Numbered from the stretch's first letter, positions 8,908 to 15,044 are shown. The stretch: DNA of 39,734 bases from a virus (IMGVR_UViG_3300045988_020504:1-39734); one strand, 5' to 3'. Notes: generated by a model from the sequence alone, not told the origin. Program-made: numbers and translations.

Positions 8908-8940
8908 TGACGATTTATTGACGATTTGTTGACGAAATCC
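8908..8940 (+). repeat. Three tandem 11-bp repeats TGACGATTTAT / TGACGATTTGT / TGACGAAATCC (possible operator or -35 array)
   Basis: Read directly from the sequence. The period is 11 bp, about one helical turn. The array starts 8 nt after the HTH gene stop and runs into the terminator stem. Confidence 0.5.
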
Positions 8941-8980
8941 CGACGAGTAGATGATGATTCTACCGTCGGGATTTTTGTTA
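8935..8980 (+). terminator. Rho-independent terminator after the lysis/HTH operon
   Basis: AAATCCCGACGAGTAGA-loop-TCTACCGTCGGGATTT stem (one bulge) followed by TTGTTATT. Confidence 0.75.
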
Positions 8981-9035
8981 TTCTATAGGTAGAAGGTGGC
9001 CACCTCCTAATATTTTGAAGGAGGACTTCTGAACT

Positions 9036-9659
9036 ATGGAAGTAGAAAAGGATTATGCAAGCAAAGGCGTAGCCGGTGCCGGTCTTGGTACGGGTATTGC
9101 CGGTCTGGCGCTGGGCGTGATGAACGCTGCGGGCGGTCTGGGCGCTCTGGCTCTCGGCAACCGCAATTCTGCTCCCCCCGCTCCCGTTATGCCCGCCATG
9201 CCCTATGGGGTTGGCTACGGTTGGGGCGGGTGCAGCGAGAACATGCCCGTGAGCCGGTATGAACTGGATCGTGAGCAGCAGCTCGCCGCCAAGGATTCCG
9301 AAATCGCGCTGTTGAAGGCAAACGCTTACAACGACCAGAAATCCATTGAGCTGTACGCTTACATTGACGGACAGCTCAAGGACATTCGCAAGACCCTGTG
9401 CGATCAGGCCGTACACAATCAGCGCACTGAGGACAGCTTTGCGCTGGTTCGTCAGGATGTGGAATGCGTTCGGGCTGAACTGTCCAAGGACATCAAGATC
9501 GAGGCAGAGCGGCGCTGCTGCGCTGACAATTCCATCGTGACCTACGCCAACGCGACCTTCTATCCGAAGCAGGTTGCCGACGTGACCACCGGAACCGGAA
9601 CCACGGCACAGACGCTGTACAACCCCCTGCCCAAGTGCGGCGGGTGCTGCAACGGTTGA
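9036..9659 (+). CDS. Accessory (moron) protein: Gly/Ala-rich hydrophobic N-terminus, coiled coil, Cys-rich C-terminus (CGGCCNG)
   Basis: GAAGGAGGA lies 10 nt upstream of the ATG; 207 aa. The gene has terminator-like hairpins on both sides, so it appears to be its own transcription unit. No family recognised. Confidence 0.7.
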   Translation: MEVEKDYASKGVAGAGLGTGIAGLALGVMNAAGGLGALALGNRNSAPPAPVMPAMPYGVGYGWGGCSENMPVSRYELDREQQLAAKDSEIALLKANAYNDQKSIELYAYIDGQLKDIRKTLCDQAVHNQRTEDSFALVRQDVECVRAELSKDIKIEAERRCCADNSIVTYANATFYPKQVADVTTGTGTTAQTLYNPLPKCGGCCNG

Positions 9660-9671
9660 TTCCCGACAATT

Positions 9672-9697
9672 GGGGCGGCAGCCGCCGCCCCATACTT
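9672..9697 (+). terminator. GC hairpin / weak terminator
   Basis: GGGGCGGC-AGCC-GCCGCCCC followed by ATACTTT. Confidence 0.4.
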
Positions 9698-9712
9698 TCA
9701 AGGAGGTAATTT

Positions 9713-10063
9713 ATGATTCCTATGGAAAACGTGCAGGCAGGGCTTGCAAGATTCATTGACAGAAGCATTGCTCCAAGTCTTTCCGGCTGGGACAGAGTTC
9801 TGGTTGCCGGGGCTGGGGGGCTGCTTGCCGCAAATTTCCCGAAGATTATTGCCCAGTACGCAGATCATCCCATGGTAAAGGCGCTGGGCGTTTACGATAT
9901 GGAGCATGGCACGGTGGACGTTGACGCCCTGTACAACGCCGCAAAGCCATACATGGGGGCAGAGGCACTGCCCGTGAAAATCCCCGGAATTGGGCTTACG
10001 CTCAAGCTGGGAAAGCAAGATATTGACACGCTGTATGCGTACATTCAGGAGGGCATCAGATGA
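9713..10063 (+). CDS. Hypothetical accessory protein
   Basis: AAGGAGG RBS; 116 aa. No motif recognised. Confidence 0.65.
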   Translation: MIPMENVQAGLARFIDRSIAPSLSGWDRVLVAGAGGLLAANFPKIIAQYADHPMVKALGVYDMEHGTVDVDALYNAAKPYMGAEALPVKIPGIGLTLKLGKQDIDTLYAYIQEGIR

Positions 10064-10368
10064 AAGAAATCAAGCTGCTGATGGAGCACATTGAGGACGA
10101 GCTGGAGGACGCGCACACCTACGCAGAGCTGGCCGTGGAGTACAAGCACGACGACCCGGAGCTGGCAGACCTGTTTTACAGGCTGAGCGGGGAGGAAATG
10201 AACCACATGAACGCCCTGCACAAGGCCGTTGTTTCCCACATTGAGGAATACCGCAAGCAGAAGGGCGAACCGCCTGCGGCCATGATGGCCGTCTATGAGT
10301 ACCTGCACAAGCGAGATATTGAGCGGGCGGAGAACGTCGGAGTGGTGCAGGGGATGTATAAAAAATAA
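10060..10368 (+). CDS. Hypothetical helical (ferritin-like/four-helix-bundle-like) protein
   Basis: ATGA overlap; 102 aa. The paired acidic/His helices EDELEDAHTYAELA and EEMNHMNALHKAV look like a di-metal bundle. Tentative. Confidence 0.55.
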   Translation: MKEIKLLMEHIEDELEDAHTYAELAVEYKHDDPELADLFYRLSGEEMNHMNALHKAVVSHIEEYRKQKGEPPAAMMAVYEYLHKRDIERAENVGVVQGMYKK

Positions 10369-10372
10369 AGAA

Positions 10373-10412
10373 ACACGCCCTGCCAATCAAGGCAGGGCGT
10401 GTCTTCTGGTTT
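10373..10412. terminator. Bidirectional terminator between convergent genes (also an attP candidate)
   Basis: Perfect 12-bp stem ACACGCCCTGCC / GGCAGGGCGTGT with loop AATCAA. An A-run lies upstream and CTTCTGGTTT downstream. The integrase stop codon sits in the loop. Confidence 0.65.
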
Positions 10413-12048
10413 GGATGAAAACCATTCCCACAACGGTAATTGTGTTCGGATTTGCGTCCAATGGTGACCCAACACGCCCTATATCCGAACACGGGGATGC
10501 TGCTGGAGTAGGAACGCGATATGTCTTTGATGGGATCTGCGTCAGCCGGTAGGCGGTCACAAATTTCAGGAATCCCGGCTCGTCATCGTAAACGGTGACG
10601 GAATTTACAAGCATTTCAATAAGCATAGCTTTCTGGGTTTCCAGCGGAACCGCCTTTTCTCTTACCGCTTTCAGATAAACCACGACAGATTCCTTTGTGA
10701 GCGGAATCACACCGCGTTCTTCATCGGATAGCTGGGTAGCCAGCCCCTTTTTTTGGGATTCCAATTCAGCAAGTCTTTCCACAATAGCGTCCGGCGCAGC
10801 GGAAGCACATTCAAGCGCTTTCGTCAGATTGCGGATTTTAATTTCAATTTCAGAAATCTTTTTTCGTATGACCGGAATCTGTGTATTCTTCTGAATGTCT
10901 TCCTCTGACTGCCGGGCGGCTACTTCTGCCACAAATTCGATAATTTCGTCTGTCAGTACGTCAAGAGCGTCCTGAGCTACCACATCTTCCAGCCAGTCCT
11001 TCGGGACTGGCTTTTTGTCGCATAAGTGGGTCTTCTTTCTATTGGCGCAGGAATAATAATTGTAAGTCTTCCCACCTTTTCCTCTGCCGCACTCCCCCAC
11101 CATGGGAGCGCCGCAGTGACCGCAGAAAATTTTCCCAGACAAAAGATACGGCACCTTCGCCTTACCTCTGGCTGGGGCTTGCTCGCTGGTTTTCAGCCTG
11201 GATTGTACAGCCCGCCAAAGCTCATCGGATATAATTCTGGGGACGGCGTTGTCTGTGCGAACATCGTCAAACTTGTAAACCCCGATATATTTCTCGTTCC
11301 GGAACACGTTCTTAAAACTGGACTTGTTGAATTTCGTTCCTCGCGTTGTCCTGTACCCACGGGCGTTGAAATCGTCGCAGATCGCGGCCACGGTATCGCC
11401 GTCTGCATACCGGCGAAATGCTTCCTCAACCAAATGGGCAGCCATGGGGTCGATTTGCAGGCGCTTATCCACGACAGTGTATCCTAGCGGTGTAGTGCCG
11501 CCTGTACTGTTCCCTTTTCTGGCTGTTTCGCTCATGCCGCGACGTACCTTCTGGGACAGCTCCAGAGAATAATACTCCGCCATACCTTCCAGCAGGGCTT
11601 CCAGAATCACACCCTCCGGGTTCTTGGAAATGCCCTCTTTCGCGGATTCCACGTTACAGCCGTTCTTCCTGAGCCGCATGCGTGCAATGGCGCTGTCTTC
11701 CCGGTTCCGGGCAAATCTATCCAGCTTGTAAACCAAAACGGTTTTCCATGACGATCTGGCGCTGTCAGCAAGCATCTGCTGGAACGCTGGCCGCTTGTCC
11801 ATGCTTGCGTGGGCGGAAATCGCCCGGTCAACATAAATGGCGGCAACCCGGTAGCTGTGGTGCTTGCAATAGGCTATCAGCTCCCGAAGCTGCCCTTCGA
11901 TGGACTGCTCTGTCTGCCGGTCGGAACTGTAGCGCATATACAGGCAGCAGACCGCCTCGCAGTCCGAGGAAAGAACGGAGGGGTTATCCGCAAACTGCTG
12001 TCTTTCATCCGGTGTAAGAGCCGATAGATCAATTGGTATTGTTTGCAT
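10387..12048 (-). CDS. int: Large serine recombinase (phage integrase)
   Basis: 553 aa. It has the resolvase catalytic motif YMRYSSDRQ...VYKLDRFARN, a recombinase domain, a zinc ribbon (CGHCGAPM...YYSCANRK) and a coiled coil. Confidence 0.92.
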   Translation of the reverse strand: MQTIPIDLSALTPDERQQFADNPSVLSSDCEAVCCLYMRYSSDRQTEQSIEGQLRELIAYCKHHSYRVAAIYVDRAISAHASMDKRPAFQQMLADSARSSWKTVLVYKLDRFARNREDSAIARMRLRKNGCNVESAKEGISKNPEGVILEALLEGMAEYYSLELSQKVRRGMSETARKGNSTGGTTPLGYTVVDKRLQIDPMAAHLVEEAFRRYADGDTVAAICDDFNARGYRTTRGTKFNKSSFKNVFRNEKYIGVYKFDDVRTDNAVPRIISDELWRAVQSRLKTSEQAPARGKAKVPYLLSGKIFCGHCGAPMVGECGRGKGGKTYNYYSCANRKKTHLCDKKPVPKDWLEDVVAQDALDVLTDEIIEFVAEVAARQSEEDIQKNTQIPVIRKKISEIEIKIRNLTKALECASAAPDAIVERLAELESQKKGLATQLSDEERGVIPLTKESVVVYLKAVREKAVPLETQKAMLIEMLVNSVTVYDDEPGFLKFVTAYRLTQIPSKTYRVPTPAASPCSDIGRVGSPLDANPNTITVVGMVFIQTRRHALP

Positions 12049-12658
12049 CGTGTTTACTCCTTTTTGCGTTTCGCTTTATCACAGTTCGGACGATATACAG
12101 GCATGTTCCGATAATGGAAAAGGCCGCGACATAAACGATCGGCGAGGCGTGGCCGGACTTGAACAGGCCAAGATTCGGGTTTTGCATATCCAAAAAGACA
12201 TATACCATAAGGAAGATGCCGAACAGAACCGCAAGCCCTGCGGCCCCATAAGTCACATGCTTCCAGTTATACCGGACGGCGGATATTTCTTTATCCATCA
12301 TGTGGCTGCGCTCTTCCAGCCGGGAGATGGCGTTATCTTTTTCCGAGATAAGTTCTTCCTTGTGTGAAATTTCGGTTTTCAGCCGTTCGATTTCCGCGCT
12401 CTGGTCTTTCTTCGGCGGGGACAGCTCCATCAGCTCATCCAGGGACAGACCAAGGTCAATGGCAATGGCGGTCACGTCATAAATACTGGGGCCAGTCAGG
12501 TGGCCGGAGAAAAACTTTTTAACCATGGATTCACTTAGCCCTGTGCTGTCGATAATCTGCTGATTGGTTTTGTGCTGTTCCTCCTTTGCCCATTTCATCT
12601 TTGTGGGCAGATTATCACAAATCGTCGATATTTGTTGTATTATTTTCCGTTTTTCCAT
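12029..12658 (-). CDS. Membrane-tethered XRE-family HTH protein (HTH, coiled coil, two TM helices)
   Basis: 209 aa. The N-terminal HTH is KTNQQIIDSTGLSESMVKKFFSG...IAIDLGLSLDELM and the heptad region is EIERLKTEISHKEELISEKDNAISRLEE. Two C-terminal hydrophobic helices follow. It overlaps the integrase start by 20 nt. Confidence 0.8.
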   Translation of the reverse strand: MEKRKIIQQISTICDNLPTKMKWAKEEQHKTNQQIIDSTGLSESMVKKFFSGHLTGPSIYDVTAIAIDLGLSLDELMELSPPKKDQSAEIERLKTEISHKEELISEKDNAISRLEERSHMMDKEISAVRYNWKHVTYGAAGLAVLFGIFLMVYVFLDMQNPNLGLFKSGHASPIVYVAAFSIIGTCLYIVRTVIKRNAKRSKHDANNTN

Positions 12659-12798
12659 TTTCTGCTCACCCTTCCCGAAAAAATCCTACGAATTACGCTA
12701 AAAACGACTGAATTACTCGGATGCACCTTTACGTCACCATCGGCTAAACAGTATTATTATACTAGCCAAAGGTAAGGGACACACCATTCCGGCGGCAA

Positions 12799-12831
12799 GC
12801 CCCGCCGCCTTGTGGCACGGGTGGCGGGGCG
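12799..12831. other. GC-rich dyad GCCCCGCCGCC-(11 nt)-GGTGGCGGGGC (attP candidate or insulator hairpin)
   Basis: Read directly from the sequence. It lies in the 295-bp noncoding gap between the int operon and the repressor. No U-tract follows on either strand. Confidence 0.35.
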
Positions 12832-12953
12832 ATTCAAAAAATATTTTTCAAAGCCCCTATTTAGTCCGGTTTATTGGACAGATAGTATGTTATAACCAGC
12901 ACATAAGCCGAACAGGCGTTCGATAATGATAAAAAGTAAAGGAGAGAAACAAC

Positions 12954-13085
12954 ATGCGGGAGGAAGCTTTGAAGATGTTTGAACAGCTTAGTGAAGAGGA
13001 CAAGGAAAAGATCATCGCTCTTGCATCTGCTCTTTTACAAGATCAGACAGAGTTTCATAAAGACGTGCCTGTCTCTCCGGTGTGA
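12954..13085 (+). CDS. Possible 43-aa ORF (MREEALKMFEQLSEEDKEKIIALASALLQDQ...) overlapping the repressor 3' end convergently
   Basis: AAAGGAGAG lies 7 nt upstream of the ATG. It is below the ORF-track cutoff. The peptide resembles the helical C-terminal tails of Clostridial XRE regulators. Confidence 0.35.
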   Translation: MREEALKMFEQLSEEDKEKIIALASALLQDQTEFHKDVPVSPV

Positions 13086-13425
13086 GCATGTCATACATCT
13101 TCATGAAAACCTCGGTTCCCTTGCTGGGAGCCGGGGCTTTTTCTGTTTCCTGGGCTTTTTCTGCCCTATTCTCTGCCCTATTCATAGTATATTTCTCAAA
13201 CTCAGTCCTATTAAAAATAGCTGCTCTTTGTGAATTGACTACACTGTAGATGTCAGATGCAGGTATTCCAAAGAAATCTGCTATTCTCATGATTTGTGAA
13301 TCCCTCGGTACTGAGCCGTTTTTCCAGCCAGACACAGAAGACTTTGAAAGCCCAATTTGCTGCGCAGCTTTTGAAGGGCTTATCTTCGCCCTATTGCAAA
13401 GCTCGACAAAGTAATTGTAAAACAT
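13012..13425 (-). CDS. CI-like repressor (XRE-family HTH)
   Basis: 137 aa. MFYNYFVELCNRAKISPSKAAQQIGLSKSSVSGWKNGSVPRDSQIMRIADFFGIP is a classic HTH_3 motif. The gene is divergent from the early genes and has AGGAGGTGTTTTTAGGAG upstream. Confidence 0.88.
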   Translation of the reverse strand: MFYNYFVELCNRAKISPSKAAQQIGLSKSSVSGWKNGSVPRDSQIMRIADFFGIPASDIYSVVNSQRAAIFNRTEFEKYTMNRAENRAEKAQETEKAPAPSKGTEVFMKMYDMLTPERQARLYETLSDLVKEQMQER

Positions 13426-13488
13426 CTCCTAAAAACACCTCCTGTAATTGTGCATATCGGCAAAAATGAACGAATTGTACTTTTGGTG

Positions 13489-13517
13489 TTGACAAACTGA
13501 ACCTTTTGAACTATACT
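13489..13517 (+). promoter_or_regulatory. Early (lytic) promoter, consensus-like sigma-A: TTGACA-17-TATACT
   Basis: TTGACA at 13489-13494, a 17-nt spacer, then TATACT at 13512-13517. It lies 64 bp from the repressor start codon and points to the early genes. Confidence 0.75.
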
Positions 13518-13632
13518 AACGTCATGAACACCGATTCCAAAAAGGGTGCAGAAAATCACGGGGTATGAAATCCGAGTTTTCGGAAATTCAAACTCCGGCG
13601 AGTAGCGGATGGTTTATTGTTTCGGCAAATTC

Positions 13633-13661
13633 AGTATACCATGCGCTACTCAGATTTTCAA
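13633..13661 (-). promoter_or_regulatory. Minus-strand promoter TTGAAA-17-(TGG)TATACT facing the early promoter and reading toward the repressor gene
   Basis: The reverse complement of 13633-13661 reads TTGAAAATCTGAGTAGCGCATGGTATACT, i.e. -35, a 17-nt spacer and an extended -10. Confidence 0.65.
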
Positions 13662-13690
13662 GTCTTTTGTGGAAAAAATGTTCAAAGAAA

Positions 13691-13707
13691 TTGACTGCGG
13701 CGGAAAG
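13691..13707. repeat. Left copy of a perfect 17-bp inverted repeat TTGACTGCGGCGGAAAG
   Basis: Exact reverse complement of 14011-14027. The match does not extend in either direction. Confidence 0.95.
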
Positions 13708-13992
13708 AAAAATTCACCCGTGGTTTGGTCACGAGTGAATTTTCCCCAAATTTATTTGCCGAAATGCGCTGCGTTGGAAGTCCGTATTCCTAAACGGCGA
13801 GAAACCCTAGATTCCCGCTTTACTTTCAACAGCAGACCAAACCTGCGTCCTTGACGCACCGTTTCACTTTGGCAGTTTCGGTTCTGCCCCTCGCCCTAAC
13901 GCATCACGCCACCTTCGTGGTTCGGTACTGGCGGTAACAAAAGTTTGTTGGACATAAAGTGCCTCCTCACTCTTTATTTGCCGCAACGGGCT
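13703..13992 (-). ncRNA. Predicted ~290-nt minus-strand transcript, antisense to the early-operon leader; carries a 19-codon ORF with a strong RBS
   Basis: It is bounded by the 14027-13999 promoter and the 13743-13708 hairpin plus T-run. GAGGAGG lies 6 nt before the ATG at 13955 (MSNKLLLPPVPNHEGGVMR). Several internal hairpins are visible, e.g. GGCAG-AACCGAAA-CTGCC and TGCGTC-AAG-GACGCA. No transcript data are available. Confidence 0.4.
13708..13743. terminator. Bidirectional terminator-like hairpin at the left edge of the inverted-repeat-bracketed segment
   Basis: AAAATTCACCCGTG-GTTTGGT-CACGAGTGAATTTT with one mismatch. An A-tract and a T-tract flank it, so either strand reads a hairpin followed by a U-run. 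Confidence 0.55.
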
Positions 13993-13998
13993 ATGGGC

Positions 13999-14027
13999 AT
14001 TATAGCGAACCTTTCCGCCGCAGTCAA
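13999..14027 (-). promoter_or_regulatory. Near-consensus minus-strand promoter TTGACT-17-TATAAT (-35 inside the right inverted repeat, -10 inside the bracketed segment)
   Basis: The reverse complement of 13999-14027 is TTGACTGCGGCGGAAAGGTTCGCTATAAT. Confidence 0.7.
14011..14027. repeat. Right copy of the perfect 17-bp inverted repeat (CTTTCCGCCGCAGTCAA)
   Basis: Exact reverse complement of 13691-13707. It contains the -35 hexamer of the minus-strand promoter. Confidence 0.95.
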
Positions 14028-14067
14028 CCAAACAAACATTTTTTACTTAAGGAGGAGGGACAAATGG

Positions 14068-14361
14068 ATGGCAAAACTGAAACTTCCGCAGTCTTACGGG
14101 GAGCGGGAGAAACTGGCAAAGTATATCCGGCAGACGCTGAACACCTACAATCTTCGGAACAACTGGCTGATTCAGCAGCTTCGGAACGAGGGCTTCATCA
14201 TTTCCGCGACATCCCTGTGCGACGCGCTGGCAGTTCGGTGCATGACACCGAAGACGGACGAGTTTCTGGCCAGAGCGGAGCAGATTTGCAAGCTGTACGA
14301 GCAGAGCTGCTTCGGTCAAACGCGATCCGGGAGCTTGGGAAACGGGTCAGAGCGTTCATGA
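14068..14361 (+). CDS. First early gene, small DNA-binding-like protein (Cro-position); the C-terminus probably continues in the -1 frame to 14426
   Basis: AAGGAGGAGGG lies 7 nt upstream of ATG 14068 (MAKLKLPQSYGEREKLAKYIRQTLNTYNLRNNWLIQQLRNEGFIISATSLCDAL...). The last ~15 codons are low complexity, while the overlapping frame reads AELLRSNAIRELGKRVRAFMKEQPDIYERIYRETYG. Confidence 0.6.
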   Translation: MAKLKLPQSYGEREKLAKYIRQTLNTYNLRNNWLIQQLRNEGFIISATSLCDALAVRCMTPKTDEFLARAEQICKLYEQSCFGQTRSGSLGNGSERS

Positions 14362-14438
14362 AAGAGCAACCGGACATCTACGAGCGGATTTACCGCGAGA
14401 CATACGGCAGATCGCCGAACTTTTGAAAGGAGTTATTT

Positions 14439-15044
14439 ATGGCGAAATACAAAGTTGGGGATAAGGTGCGGATTGTAGGCCACCGCACCAATAACATGAA
14501 CCCTTTCGGGGAAATGGACAAGTGGCGGGGAAAAGTCATGACGATCAGATGCCTCTCTTGGCTCGGATATCGGATGGAGGAAGATTACGGCGAATATCTC
14601 GGAGACGGCTGGATGTGGGATGATAGCATGATTTCCGGCCTTGCGGAGCCTGAGCGGGAACCCTGCACCGTGGAACTCCGCTTTGACGGGATGATTACCA
14701 CGGCCACGCTGAAACGGGGCGGGCGGGACGTAAAGACCGCAGAAGCCCGGTGCAATCCGAAGGATACATACAGCAGAGCGGAGGGCGCGAGGGCCGCCGT
14801 TGAGCGGCTTTTTGAGAAGAAGCGCAAGGGGGACAAGCCAAAGGAGAGCAAGCCGAAGGTGGGAGATAAGTTCCGGGTTATTGGAAATCAGCCATCCGGG
14901 AAATTCAGTCACTGGTTCAGACTTGGTGAAATTGTTACACTCTCGGAAATCCGCAATGGAGATTCGCGGTATATAAATTCGTCCGGGATGCGGCAATGGG
15001 TGGCAGATATGGATGTTCGCCCCTACAAGGAGAGCTCCAAATGA
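14439..15044 (+). CDS. Hypothetical early protein with duplicated KVGDK(V/F)R(I/V) SH3/KOW-like ends
   Basis: AAAGGAG RBS; 201 aa. Confidence 0.7.
   Translation: MAKYKVGDKVRIVGHRTNNMNPFGEMDKWRGKVMTIRCLSWLGYRMEEDYGEYLGDGWMWDDSMISGLAEPEREPCTVELRFDGMITTATLKRGGRDVKTAEARCNPKDTYSRAEGARAAVERLFEKKRKGDKPKESKPKVGDKFRVIGNQPSGKFSHWFRLGEIVTLSEIRNGDSRYINSSGMRQWVADMDVRPYKESSK

Noticed and set aside
13609-13854. 81-aa + strand ORF, plus a 57-codon ORF at 13565-13738, in the switch region
   Set aside because: Neither has a convincing RBS, both have odd composition, and they run straight through the terminator hairpin and promoter elements. The region is better explained as regulatory or non-coding.
13959-14426. 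155-aa frame-0 ORF starting MDGKTETS... as an independent gene
   Set aside because: Its first ~100 residues (Arg/Ser/Gly/Ala-rich) look like an off-frame reading of the frame-1 gene. Only its last ~45 residues look protein-like, and those are treated as a frameshift or extension instead.
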